This document shows positions 54,470 through 64,000 of a stretch of DNA of 64,000 nt, piece after piece. Origin of the DNA: Oscillospiraceae bacterium (lineage in GTDB: Bacteria > Bacillota > Clostridia > Oscillospirales > Oscillospiraceae); the NCBI GenBank assembly GCA_050944035.1, contig JBMNQH010000004.1:2995-66994 (forward strand), read 5' to 3'. Within the stretch, counting starts at the first letter, position 1. Every line of letters starts with the position of its first letter. Made by a program: the position numbers and the translations under genes. Below the pieces are notes generated by a model that was given only the letters and a program-made list of their open reading frames with translations, did no database searches and was not told where the DNA came from.

Positions 54470-54640
54470 AGCAATCCGGGGAGTAAATGCCCATAGCATT
54501 TGCTGAGAGGAGAATGTTCTCGACCCGTATCACCTGATCCGGTTCATGCCGGCGTAGGAAGATTGAGTGAAAGAAAAGAAACACAAGTGGTAAAGTTTGT
54601 GATTTTCAGCGGTCTTCCAAAGGAGGGCCGCTTTTTTGCT
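54470..54640 (+). promoter_or_regulatory. TPP (THI-box) riboswitch with terminator platform
   Basis: CGGGGAG...GCTGAGAGG...ACCCGTATCACCTGATCCGGTTCATGCCGGCGTAGGAAG, then GCGGTCTTCC-aaa-GGAGGGCCGC followed by TTTTTT. Promoter TTGACA-17-TAAGAT at 54433-54461. Confidence 0.9.
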
Positions 54641-54681
54641 ACAAATTTAACCTTGGCGGCCCGTCGATAGGAGATTATACA

Positions 54682-55986
54682 ATGAGACAGTACGCAACAC
54701 AGATGGAGGCCGCCCGCCGCGGCATTGCAACCCCAGAGATGAAAGCAGTTGCCAAAAAGGAGTATATGCCTTTGGAAAAACTGATGCAGCTTGTAGCAGA
54801 GGGCAAGGTTGCCATTCCGGCCAATAAATTGCATACCTGTATCAATCCGGAAGGTATCGGCAGCATGCTCCGTACCAAAATCAATGTCAATCTCGGTGTT
54901 TCCCGTGACTGTAAGGATTACGATATTGAAATGCAGAAAGTAATGAGCGCGGTTGCGCTTGGTGCAGAGGCCATTATGGATCTGTCCTCTCATGGGGATA
55001 CCCAACCCTTCCGCCGCAAGCTGGTTGAGGAATGCCCTGCCATGATTGGAACCGTTCCGGTCTATGACAGTGTCATTCATTACCAGCGCGATCTTGCCAC
55101 ATTGACTGCAAAGGACCTGATTGATGTGGTACGTCTGCATGCACAGGACGGCGTTGATTTCGTGACTCTGCACTGCGGTATTACCCGGAAAACCATCGAC
55201 CAGATCAAACGCCATAAACGCAAAATGAACATCGTCTCCCGCGGCGGATCTTTGATTTTTGCCTGGATGTGTATGACCGGAGAAGAAAATCCGTTTTATG
55301 AGTATTATGACGAAATTCTGGATATCTGCCGCGAATATGACGTTACCATTTCCTTGGGCGATGCCTGTCGTCCCGGCTGTCTGGCGGATGCAGGTGATGT
55401 CTGCCAGATCGAAGAGCTGGTGCGTCTGGGAGAGCTGACCAAGCGTGCCTGGGAAAAGGATGTTCAGGTTATGGTAGAGGGTCCCGGCCATGTGCCCATG
55501 AATCAGGTGGCTGCCAATATGGAACTCCAGCAGAGTATCTGCATGGGTGCACCGTTCTATGTCCTTGGCCCCATTGTCACAGATATTGCACCGGGATATG
55601 ACCATATCACCTCTGCCATTGGCGGCGCGATTGCGGCCATGAGCGGTGCAGCGTTCCTCTGCTATGTTACACCGGCAGAGCATCTTGCACTGCCGAATGT
55701 CGATGATGTCAAGCAGGGCATTATTGCCAGCAAGATTGCCGCTCATGCGGCAGACATTGCAAAGGGAATTCCCCATGCAATGGATATTGACAACCAGATG
55801 GCGGATGCCAGACGTGCGCTGGACTGGGATGCACAGTGGGCCTGCGCCATGGATCCGGAAACTGCGAAAGCCGTCCGGGATGATCGCAGTCCGGAGCATG
55901 ATGATACCTGTTCCATGTGTGGAAAGTTCTGTGCGGTCCGCAGCATGAATAAGGCGTTGAACGACGAGTACATCGATATTCTGTAA
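54682..55986 (+). CDS. thiC: Phosphomethylpyrimidine synthase
   Basis: 434 aa. Radical-SAM ThiC with C-terminal CSMCGKFCA. Confidence 0.95.
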   Translation: MRQYATQMEAARRGIATPEMKAVAKKEYMPLEKLMQLVAEGKVAIPANKLHTCINPEGIGSMLRTKINVNLGVSRDCKDYDIEMQKVMSAVALGAEAIMDLSSHGDTQPFRRKLVEECPAMIGTVPVYDSVIHYQRDLATLTAKDLIDVVRLHAQDGVDFVTLHCGITRKTIDQIKRHKRKMNIVSRGGSLIFAWMCMTGEENPFYEYYDEILDICREYDVTISLGDACRPGCLADAGDVCQIEELVRLGELTKRAWEKDVQVMVEGPGHVPMNQVAANMELQQSICMGAPFYVLGPIVTDIAPGYDHITSAIGGAIAAMSGAAFLCYVTPAEHLALPNVDDVKQGIIASKIAAHAADIAKGIPHAMDIDNQMADARRALDWDAQWACAMDPETAKAVRDDRSPEHDDTCSMCGKFCAVRSMNKALNDEYIDIL

Positions 55987-56007
55987 GCTTTACTGAATCA
56001 AGAGATA

Positions 56008-56043
56008 CAAATGCCTCTGTCAAAATTTTGACAGAGGCATTTG
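56008..56043. terminator. 36-bp perfect palindrome, bidirectional terminator
   Basis: CAAATGCCTCTGTCAAAA followed directly by its reverse complement. Lies between thiC and the MATE gene. Confidence 0.8.
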
Positions 56044-56071
56044 TGTTGATTTTTATCATATTACAAAGAAA

Positions 56072-57499
56072 TTAGCTTTCGAGTACAGAATGTTTGGCCC
56101 ATTTTCCATTCAGGAAACGGACTGTGAAGAAAATGGCACGGACGCTCCAGTCCGTAAACATCCCGATCCATACAGCGATGACACCAAAATGAAAAACGCG
56201 AACGAGGACTGCAGCAACACCGACCCGGCAGATCCACATGGACAGTGAGGAAACCACCATGGAATAACGTACGTCACCAGCGGCTCGCATACCATAAGCA
56301 GGGAGGAAGGATAACGTCCAGGTGAGAGGCTTGAAGAGGGCAATCACATGGATTAGATGAATAGCAAGAGCAGCCGCGTCTGTTTCCATACCACCCAATA
56401 CTGTGACTGGTTTTATTGCAAGTGCGATGATGAGACAGCAGAGGATTGTGGTCACTTCGGCATAGCCAGTCAGCCGCTTGATGTTTCGGCGCGCTTCCTC
56501 CAGCTGTCCAGCTCCGATCAACTGTCCGACAATGGTCATCATACCCAGTCCGATGCCAAGCTGTGGATTGCTTGCCAGTAGTTCCAGCACGGCAGTCATA
56601 GCCTGTGCAGCAATGGCAGTGGTACCCAATGTGGAGACTGTGGATTGGACTGCCAGTTTACCGAACTGAAACATACCGTTTTCAATACCTGTGGGAATTC
56701 CGACAGCCAAAATTCTGCGAATCAACGCCGCATCTGGCCGTATTTTCCGATAATTCTGCACAGAAATTGTATGTTGGGGATTGTGCAGACAATACAGAAC
56801 AATCACAGCACAAAGAATTCTGGAAACGAGAGTTGCAAGTGCCGCACCTGCGACACCCATATGAAAGCAGAAAATCAGAATGGCATTTCCAGCAATGTTG
56901 ACGAGATTGCAGAGGGTAGAAACCGTCATGGGCAGACGGGAGTTGCCATCCACGCGAAACAATGCAGCGCCTGCATTGTACAGTGCGATAAAGGGATAGG
57001 AGAGCGCAGTAATCAAAAAATAGATGATGGCATTTTCCATAACATCTGCTTCCACTCGGCCGAAAATGAGATGCAGCAGTTGCCGACGAAGCAGTACGCA
57101 GGTCAACGTTACAACGATAGAAATGAAACTTACAGAGAGAATCAATTGTTTTCCGGTTTCATTGGCCGCATCACGGTCTTTCCTGCCGAGATATTGAGCG
57201 CAGATGATGGAACCGCCGGTTGCCATTGCAGAAAAAATATAAATAATCAGCACATTGATGGCGTCCACCAGAGAGACAGCTGAAATTGCCGCAGAGCTGA
57301 TGTTGCTGACCATCATGGTGTCGGCGGTACCCATCAGCGAGGTGAGTACCTGTTCGATCATCAGAGGAATCAGCAATTGCCAGATCCGCTTTTTGGAAAA
57401 CAGGGGAGGATTTTGCTCTGGAGCGGTGGACTGAAGTGGTGATACAGGAACTTCTCTGCTGTGCAGTTTGATTTTTTTCTTGTTTTGTATGAAACTCAC
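56072..57499 (-). CDS. MATE-family efflux transporter
   Basis: 475 aa, 12 predicted helices. The exact start is uncertain because the GTG at 57499 sits inside a GGAGGTG. Confidence 0.85.
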   Translation of the reverse strand: MSFIQNKKKIKLHSREVPVSPLQSTAPEQNPPLFSKKRIWQLLIPLMIEQVLTSLMGTADTMMVSNISSAAISAVSLVDAINVLIIYIFSAMATGGSIICAQYLGRKDRDAANETGKQLILSVSFISIVVTLTCVLLRRQLLHLIFGRVEADVMENAIIYFLITALSYPFIALYNAGAALFRVDGNSRLPMTVSTLCNLVNIAGNAILIFCFHMGVAGAALATLVSRILCAVIVLYCLHNPQHTISVQNYRKIRPDAALIRRILAVGIPTGIENGMFQFGKLAVQSTVSTLGTTAIAAQAMTAVLELLASNPQLGIGLGMMTIVGQLIGAGQLEEARRNIKRLTGYAEVTTILCCLIIALAIKPVTVLGGMETDAAALAIHLIHVIALFKPLTWTLSFLPAYGMRAAGDVRYSMVVSSLSMWICRVGVAAVLVRVFHFGVIAVWIGMFTDWSVRAIFFTVRFLNGKWAKHSVLES

Positions 57500-57532
57500 C
57501 TCCAGAACGCACTTTTTGCAGTGTCTGTTGTA

Positions 57533-58699
57533 CTATCCCAGCAGACGCAGTTCCCGGTCAATTATGATGCCGTTGCGATAGAAGAGACGGGGAACGCGCT
57601 TGGAAACTGCACAGGTGAGCTCATAGGGGATGGTGTCGGCAAGTGCTGCCATGGCATTGATCGAATTGTGTGCGCCAAAAATCTCGACTGTGTCACCGAC
57701 CTGTACGGTTGGGAGATCACTGAGATCAATCATACACATATCCATACAGATTCTGCCGCGGAGGGGCGCGAAACCGCCTGCGGTGGCAACCTGAAAGCGG
57801 TTGGACAGGCAACGGAAGAATCCATCGGCATAGCCAATCGGCAGCACGCCAATGCGTGTTTTCTGCGTGGTATGGAATAATCTTCCGTAGCTGATGGTTG
57901 TGTCCGGATCATAGATTTTGATGGTATTGATGACCGATTTGAGACGCATCACCGGTTTGAGCTGTAAGCGCTCGGCATAGTTGCCATAACCATAGAGCAA
58001 CAGGCCGGGACGAACCATATCCAGATAGGTTTCGGGATAATTGGCAACTGCACCGGTGTTTGCACAATGCCGGAGCCGAAACTGAAAGCCACCGGCGCTT
58101 ACTGCGGCGATAACATCCATAAACAGCTGAAATTGTTGCTGTGTGTAGGCGATATTGTCCGGCGCATCGTCGTCTGAGACGGCAAAGTGCGTAAAAATGC
58201 CTTCCGCATCCAGATGCGGGAGGTTGCAGGCGCGCAGGACGGCGGCAATGCCGGTGTCAAAGTGTGTGCCATTGCAGAGAAAACCCAGACGGGACATACC
58301 GGTATCCAACTTGATGTGGATTTTGAGTGTGGCATCGAGTTTGGCAGCTTCGGCCTCATATTCCACGGCTTTGCTCTCGCAGGTGACAGCCTGCGTGACA
58401 TCGTTTGCAATCAACTGCGGAACCTGGTCGGCAGGCGTATGCCCCAGTAGAAGAATCGGCATGGTGATGCCGTTGGACCGCAGTTCCCGCGCCTCATCCA
58501 GGCTGGAGACTGCCAGATAGTCCGCGCCGAGTGATTGCAGTGTCCGTGCGACCTGAATGGCACCATGACCGTAAGCATCGGCTTTTACAACGCCGAGGAA
58601 TTTGACAGCATCGCCGATGTGCTGGCGCAAAATGGTATAGTTATGGGCGAGATTGTCAAGATCAATCTCAGCCCAGGTTCGTTTTAATTCAGAATTCAT
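57533..58699 (-). CDS. alr: Alanine racemase
   Basis: 388 aa. PLP-lysine motif VVKADAYGHG. Confidence 0.93.
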   Translation of the reverse strand: MNSELKRTWAEIDLDNLAHNYTILRQHIGDAVKFLGVVKADAYGHGAIQVARTLQSLGADYLAVSSLDEARELRSNGITMPILLLGHTPADQVPQLIANDVTQAVTCESKAVEYEAEAAKLDATLKIHIKLDTGMSRLGFLCNGTHFDTGIAAVLRACNLPHLDAEGIFTHFAVSDDDAPDNIAYTQQQFQLFMDVIAAVSAGGFQFRLRHCANTGAVANYPETYLDMVRPGLLLYGYGNYAERLQLKPVMRLKSVINTIKIYDPDTTISYGRLFHTTQKTRIGVLPIGYADGFFRCLSNRFQVATAGGFAPLRGRICMDMCMIDLSDLPTVQVGDTVEIFGAHNSINAMAALADTIPYELTCAVSKRVPRLFYRNGIIIDRELRLLG

Positions 58700-58774
58700 A
58701 AAAGATACCTCGTGGGAAATGTCGGAAATATTATAGATTTTATAATTTTAGTGTAGTACAAGTTTCAGATAAAT

Positions 58775-58811
58775 GCAAGAAAAAGGCCAACGAATCTTTC
58801 ATTGACCTTTT
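58775..58811 (-). terminator. Terminator after the aldolase gene
   Basis: Minus strand: AAAAGGTCAA-N11-TTGGCCTTTT followed by TCTTG. Confidence 0.65.
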
Positions 58812-58827
58812 CTGGTTCAGAGGGTTA

Positions 58828-59865
58828 TCAAAGCTGTTCCAGTGCCGCCTCCAGAGAAGCAACCTGTTCTGCTGTAGTTGCCCAGCTTGTGCAGAAGCGG
58901 ACAGCTGTATGTGTTTCGTCGCACTTGGACCATACCTCCCCACTGAATTGATCGCTGAGCTGGTTCAGTACATGGTTCGGTAAAATGGGGAATTGTTGAT
59001 TGCTTTCCGATTCATAAAGAAATGGAAAACCTTTTGCAGCAAAGGCATCACGAATACGATAGGCCATTTCCAGTGCGTGGGTAGAGACTTGAAAATAGAG
59101 ATCATCGGTGAACAGCGTCAAAAATTGCAAACCCAGCAGGCGGCCCTTTGCCAGCATACCGCCCCGTTGTTTTACAATGTAGCGAAAATCACGGGAAAGC
59201 GAGGAATTGGGAATAACAACTGCCTCGCCAAAGAGTGCTCCAACCTTTGTACCGCCGATATAAAATACATCACAATATCTGGCAATATCCGGGAGGGTAA
59301 GATCTGCACTGGGTGCCATCAGACCATATCCGAGACGGGCGCCATCCAGATAGAGCGGAAGGCCGTAACGGGTACAAACCGTGTGGAGTGCAGAGAGTTC
59401 CGCTTTGGAATAGAGCGTGCCGTTTTCCGTCGGATGGGAGATATAGACCATGCCTGGCTGCACCATGTGCTCGTGCGTGGCATCGTTCCAATGGTTATAA
59501 TAGCAGTATTCTACCATAGCGGCCGTCAGTTTTCCATCTGGAGTGGGGATGGGCAATACCTTATGTCCGGTGGCTTCGATGGCACCGGTTTCATGGTGGT
59601 TAATATGGCCGGTGTCTGCACAAATTACACCCTGATGTGGATGTAAAATTGACGCAATCACCGTGGTATTGGTTTGCGTCCCGCCGACCAGAAACTGCAC
59701 CTCCGCATCGTCGGGCAGCGCACAGTATGCGCGGATTTTACGGCGTGCTGCTTCAGAGTAGGGATCACAACCATAGCCTTCTGTCTGTTCCAGGTTGGTT
59801 TCCAGCAATTTTTCCAAAATACGCGGATGTGCCCCCTCAAGATAATCGCAATCAAATTGAATCAT
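58828..59865 (-). CDS. ltaE: Low-specificity L-threonine aldolase / beta-eliminating lyase family
   Basis: 345 aa from MIQFDCDYLEGAHPRIL behind GGGAGA. Confidence 0.8.
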   Translation of the reverse strand: MIQFDCDYLEGAHPRILEKLLETNLEQTEGYGCDPYSEAARRKIRAYCALPDDAEVQFLVGGTQTNTTVIASILHPHQGVICADTGHINHHETGAIEATGHKVLPIPTPDGKLTAAMVEYCYYNHWNDATHEHMVQPGMVYISHPTENGTLYSKAELSALHTVCTRYGLPLYLDGARLGYGLMAPSADLTLPDIARYCDVFYIGGTKVGALFGEAVVIPNSSLSRDFRYIVKQRGGMLAKGRLLGLQFLTLFTDDLYFQVSTHALEMAYRIRDAFAAKGFPFLYESESNQQFPILPNHVLNQLSDQFSGEVWSKCDETHTAVRFCTSWATTAEQVASLEAALEQL

Positions 59866-59920
59866 AGCAGTCTCCCAAAATACAATAGAATTGATCCGAT
59901 TATAGCATGACTGGAGGCAA

Positions 59921-59963
59921 ATAAAAAGCACACCACAACATTTTTTGAAATGCTATGGTGTGC
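59921..59963 (-). terminator. Terminator after the histidine kinase gene
   Basis: Minus-strand hairpin GCACACCATAGCATT...AATGTTGTGGTGTGC followed by TTTTTATTT. Confidence 0.7.
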
Positions 59964-59979
59964 AAAAAAGCGTAGATCG

Positions 59980-61857
59980 TTATGCGACTGCCGGAAGAAG
60001 AATTTCAACTTTGAACAGGTCGCCATCCACAATGAGCTGGAATGTCCCGTTCATGAGTTCGACCAGACTGCGTGCAATACTCAGTCCGAGCCCATTCCCT
60101 TCGCTGCTGCGGGCGATGTCACCACGGACAAAGCGTTCCATCAACTCGTCCGCGTCGATGTTCAGTGCAGCGCGCGAGATATTTTTAACAGAGAGGATGA
60201 CCTGCTGGTCGCGCTGTACTGCATCGAGATAGACCCGCGTATGGGGAAGCGCATATTTGCAGACGTTGCTGAGCAGATTGTCCAAGACACGCCAGAGATG
60301 TCCGCCGTCCGCCAGAGCCTGTAACTGGGGGTCGGAGAGCTGTACAACGGTTTCCAGATTCACCGCTGCAAGACGGTCACTGTATTCGCCAAGGCACTGT
60401 GAAAATAGTTCGTCGATGTGAACAGGCTGTAGCTCCACGGGAAGGTTGCCGGTGCAGGCTTTGGAGGCTTCCAGCAGATCTTCTGTCAGCTTCTTCAGAC
60501 GCTTTGCCTGCCGATCCAGAACGGAGAGGTATTCTGTTTTCTGCTCCTCTGTCTGTGCATGTTGAAGCAGATCTACATAGCTGATAATCGAAGTCAGCGG
60601 AGTTTTAATATCGTGAGAAAGATTGGTGATCAGTTCTGTTTTCAGGTGTTCACTGCGCATTCGTTCGTCAATGGCAATTAACATGCCGTCTCCGATGGCA
60701 TTCAAATTTTCTGCATGCTGTCGGAAGTCCCAGAACAGATGTTTGGTTTCCGTCTTCTGTGAGAAATCGCCGGATGCCAGTCGTTTTCCGGCAGCCTGCA
60801 GGGTGCGCAGCTGTAAGCTGATCAGAACAACACCGGCGAGGACAACGAGATCAAAGAGCAACAGCAATACCAGCGCACCCCCGCCCCAATAATAGTATTG
60901 AGATTGGAATCCAAGAAAGATGTTGATCAAAAGAATTGCCGCTGCAATCAGAGTGCTGCGCCAGCTGATGGGCAATGCGTGGAGAAGGGTGGTGGATGTC
61001 CGTTTCAGCCAGAAGAACGTACGCTTTACAAAACCAGAGAGACGGTAGCAGAGTGTGTTTTTCCACCACGTTCCATATTTGATACGGGTTGCAATGGTCA
61101 TCAGTGTGGCAATTCCCAGTAAGGCCAGCACTCCGACCAGGGCGGCACAGAGAATCAGCGAGGGAAGAAACGAGAAGTTCTCAAAGACTTCCGTTATGCA
61201 TATAATGCCGATTGAGAATAGCACAACCTGTCCACAAAGGTAGAGGTCTAACGGAATTCGATCAAAGGGATTCAAAAAGATTTCGTTGGTTTCACCGCGG
61301 TGTCCTGCGGCAAAACACAGAAAGACCAGCAATACCAGCGTAAGTACAACTGAGAAGCAGAGTACAGCAATCAGCGCATTGCGCAGAGGGAGTACCCGGT
61401 TGAACAGATTGTTGTACAGAAGAAATTTATCCTGAATTTTCATTTGTGTTGGCAAGCTGCAATGTAATATATAATCTCCTTCATAACCAAAGTGTTCTGT
61501 GCTGGTGTCGATTTCCAGCTCATAAGCAATCACACCTTCAAAGGAATTGACCTCAAATAGTTTGGTTTCGGAGTCTCCCTTTTGTAAGGCGGTAACGGAA
61601 AGATTGGAATTGCCATACCAGTCCTGCAAATCTGTTTCAGTGTCACCGTTTTCATAATCATAAAGCATGGAGAGAGCAGAACTACGGACAAGATGCTCGC
61701 ACCAGTCGGTATCAAAGAAACTGGTTTCGCCGTTATATATCTCAGTCTGCCAGGCAAACAGAATACCAAATGCTGAAAGACCCGCGAGCAGGATCGAGCA
61801 GATGAAGAGAACAATCGCGATGATTTTCACAGAGAGACGATGGGTTAATTGTTTCAT
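59980..61857 (-). CDS. Sensor histidine kinase with large multi-helix membrane N-terminus
   Basis: 625 aa. H-box LSHDIKTPLT and the N/G boxes. The ATG overlaps the regulator stop (ATGA). Confidence 0.88.
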   Translation of the reverse strand: MKQLTHRLSVKIIAIVLFICSILLAGLSAFGILFAWQTEIYNGETSFFDTDWCEHLVRSSALSMLYDYENGDTETDLQDWYGNSNLSVTALQKGDSETKLFEVNSFEGVIAYELEIDTSTEHFGYEGDYILHCSLPTQMKIQDKFLLYNNLFNRVLPLRNALIAVLCFSVVLTLVLLVFLCFAAGHRGETNEIFLNPFDRIPLDLYLCGQVVLFSIGIICITEVFENFSFLPSLILCAALVGVLALLGIATLMTIATRIKYGTWWKNTLCYRLSGFVKRTFFWLKRTSTTLLHALPISWRSTLIAAAILLINIFLGFQSQYYYWGGGALVLLLLFDLVVLAGVVLISLQLRTLQAAGKRLASGDFSQKTETKHLFWDFRQHAENLNAIGDGMLIAIDERMRSEHLKTELITNLSHDIKTPLTSIISYVDLLQHAQTEEQKTEYLSVLDRQAKRLKKLTEDLLEASKACTGNLPVELQPVHIDELFSQCLGEYSDRLAAVNLETVVQLSDPQLQALADGGHLWRVLDNLLSNVCKYALPHTRVYLDAVQRDQQVILSVKNISRAALNIDADELMERFVRGDIARSSEGNGLGLSIARSLVELMNGTFQLIVDGDLFKVEILLPAVA

Positions 61858-62552
61858 AAGGCACCTCCAGATGTGAATTTGTACCCCTGTCCCCAAACTA
61901 CTTTGATATAACGGGGTTCAGAGGGATTGATCTCCAGCTTTTCCCGGAGATGGCGAATGTGAACAGCAACGGCACGCTCTGCACCGAGCGGTGCCTCCTG
62001 CCAGACCAGCTCATAGATTTGTGTCGAGGAATAAACTTTGTTGGGATGCTGAATCAGGAGCCGGAGAATGTTATACTCCATCGGTGTCAACTGTACGGGG
62101 TCGCCGTCCACTGTGACCACTTTGGCCTCGTCGTCCAGGACAATGCCGCCGATTGCGACAACGCCGGGCTGTTTTTCCTGCCCGCCGAGACGGGTATAGC
62201 GGCGCAGCTGAGAACGGACACGTGCCTGTACCTCTGCCGGGTCGAACGGTTTGGTGATGTAGTCGTCGGCGCCTACATTCAGCCCGAGAATTTTATCGCT
62301 GCTTTCGCTTTTTGCAGTGAGAAGGATAATGGGGATGTTGCTGGTTTCCCGCAGCTTTGCCGTTGCCGCAATGCCGTCGAGTTCCGGCATCATGATATCC
62401 AGCAAAACCAGATGAATATCTTGGTGCTGTACGATGGACAGGGCTTCCCAGCCATCATAGGCGGTAAAAAGGGTATACTCTTCAGAAGTAAGATATAACT
62501 TTAGTGCATTGACGATATCGTGGTCGTCGTCGCAGATCAGAATGTTGAACAT
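61854..62552 (-). CDS. OmpR-family response regulator
   Basis: 232 aa from MFNILICDDD, 6 nt after GAGGTG. Winged-helix C-terminus. Confidence 0.9.
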   Translation of the reverse strand: MFNILICDDDHDIVNALKLYLTSEEYTLFTAYDGWEALSIVQHQDIHLVLLDIMMPELDGIAATAKLRETSNIPIILLTAKSESSDKILGLNVGADDYITKPFDPAEVQARVRSQLRRYTRLGGQEKQPGVVAIGGIVLDDEAKVVTVDGDPVQLTPMEYNILRLLIQHPNKVYSSTQIYELVWQEAPLGAERAVAVHIRHLREKLEINPSEPRYIKVVWGQGYKFTSGGAL

Positions 62553-62725
62553 GATTTTCACCTCGGTGTTATTGTAGCAGATTTGACCGTTAAGAGAAAA
62601 GGTGGTAGACAGTTAAGAATTTATTAAGTTAAACCGGACTGATCCTTGACAGTGTTTTGGGGGATCCCATATAATGCAGACAATCGGAACGGTGGAACGC
62701 TATGATACAAAAGGAGTGAGATAAC

Positions 62726-63526
62726 ATGCAATGGTTGCTGTTGTTTGTCGTGTTGATCGGTGGTTGGCTGTTTTGCATTGCGCCGCGCCGAAACCATCCA
62801 CCCAAGTTGAAACAATTGCAATTGTTTCGATATGCACATCGTGGATACCATGACAAACCACAGATTCCTGAAAACTCCATGGCGGCATTCCGCCAGGCAC
62901 TTCGATTTGGATACGGGGTGGAACTGGATGTGCATCTCAGCCGGGACGGGCGGTTGGTTGTCATGCACGATGAGAGTTTGCAGCGTACCTGCGGTGTGGA
63001 TCGGGAGATTGCAGATCTCACTGCGGAGGAATTGAAGCAGTATCATCTGGAGGGAACGATGGAGCGCATTCCATTTTTGGAAGAGGTGTTGCCATTGTTT
63101 GCAGGGAAAACGCCGCTGATTGTGGAGCTCAAGGCGACAGACGGCAACGCTGCCGCGCTCAGCCGCGCGACCATGGAGCTTCTGGATCAGTATCCGGTGG
63201 ACTACTGCATTGAGTCATTTCATCCTCTGGTTGTTGCCTGGTTTCGGAAAAACCGCCCGGATGTGATCCGTGGACAGCTCTCCGGACGAATCAAAAATCT
63301 GAATCCGGCAGTCTCCTTTGTTCTGCGCAATCTTTTGACCAATGCTGTAACAAGACCGGATTTTGTCGCCTATCGTTTTGCAGATCGTCGGGCGGTTTCT
63401 TTTCGATTGTGCCGGAAAATGGGGGCAGCAGTCTTTTACTGGACCATCCGGACCAAAGCGGAACAATATGCCGCTGAGGCAGATAGCGGTACCATTATTT
63501 TTGAACAGTTTGAAGCGAACGAATAG
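62726..63526 (+). CDS. Glycerophosphodiester phosphodiesterase family protein
   Basis: 266 aa. N-terminal TM helix. Contains HRGY..PENS and ELDVH. Confidence 0.82.
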   Translation: MQWLLLFVVLIGGWLFCIAPRRNHPPKLKQLQLFRYAHRGYHDKPQIPENSMAAFRQALRFGYGVELDVHLSRDGRLVVMHDESLQRTCGVDREIADLTAEELKQYHLEGTMERIPFLEEVLPLFAGKTPLIVELKATDGNAAALSRATMELLDQYPVDYCIESFHPLVVAWFRKNRPDVIRGQLSGRIKNLNPAVSFVLRNLLTNAVTRPDFVAYRFADRRAVSFRLCRKMGAAVFYWTIRTKAEQYAAEADSGTIIFEQFEANE

Positions 63527-63564
63527 AAATGCCCCCTGCCGAATTCGACGGCGAGGGGGCATTT
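63527..63564. terminator. Bidirectional terminator
   Basis: AAATGCCCCCTGCC-N8-GGCGAGGGGGCATTT. Confidence 0.75.
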
Positions 63565-63579
63565 GTAGCAGTTGCTCTG

Positions 63580-64000
63580 TCAGCGAATGAAATTGGTTTT
63601 GATTTTGGACTCGTACTCGGGTTCGGGAACACCCGTTTTACGTCCATTTTCAATCAGCTTCAGAAGCCATGCCATATTTTCGCCAAGCATCCGCATGGTC
63701 TGCAAGCCTTCTTCGTCCTGACGGACATCATCCGGTGTGGAGCCATGCACCTGATTCCAGTAATTAGAGGGAACCAGAGGCATATTATTGATCTGAAAAT
63801 ACTTGTTCAATTGTTCAAATGCGGCGGTGGCACCACCACGGCGGCAGGATACGACCGCAGCACCCGGTTTTTTTGCCAGGAATCTGCCGGCAGAGAAGAA
63901 CAAACGATCCAGGAAGGAAATAATTTGCCCGTTGGCTCCTGCATAATAGACAGGGGAACCGACAATGATACCATCGACATCAGGCAGTTTGGCGGCAACC
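63580..64000 (-). CDS. Flavodoxin-like NAD(P)H-dependent oxidoreductase (N-terminus outside the window)
   Basis: The frame stays open to the window edge. Contains GIIVGSPVYYAGANGQIISFLDR. Confidence 0.75.
   Translation of the reverse strand, partial: VAAKLPDVDGIIVGSPVYYAGANGQIISFLDRLFFSAGRFLAKKPGAAVVSCRRGGATAAFEQLNKYFQINNMPLVPSNYWNQVHGSTPDDVRQDEEGLQTMRMLGENMAWLLKLIENGRKTGVPEPEYESKIKTNFIR

Overview
Chromosomal segment of an anaerobic, spore-forming Firmicute. The gene content looks like Clostridia, Oscillospiraceae/Ruminococcaceae-like: spmAB, abrB, spoIID, cotF, PFOR, 2-oxoacid:ferredoxin oxidoreductase and a clostridial ferredoxin. Most of the window is GC-rich housekeeping: argS; ctsR / mcsA-like / clpC; yloV-asp23; nifJ; ilvE; split transketolase; a P-type ATPase; pheST behind a Phe T-box; nnr; pdp; thiC behind a TPP riboswitch; alr; and one two-component system.

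Two accessory patches stand out.

(1) 10.05-13.83 kb is a visibly AT-rich insert directly after the clpC terminator. It holds an AAA+/DUF4143 ATPase cassette bracketed by perfect 28-bp direct repeats and fronted by two palindromic operators. It also holds an orphan consensus promoter driving a roughly 150-nt structured non-coding transcript. Next comes a head-to-tail array of four XRE-HTH paralogues with a 256-bp period, chained by 14-nt stop/start overlaps, each ending in an acidic tail. The array is divergent from a sigma-70-region-4-like gene. This is my best candidate for an undescribed regulatory or defence-type module. I cannot assign it a function from sequence alone.

(2) 32.05-40.52 kb is an 8.4-kb block (XRE, ABC-F, CbiMQO, ArsR-permease-Trx-ArsC) bracketed by two identical tRNA-Gln(CUG) genes.

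Other points are an orphan mazF with no mazE, a ctsR operon with no mcsB, and a 56-aa ferredoxin missing from the ORF track. I found no CRISPR array, integrase, transposase or rRNA.
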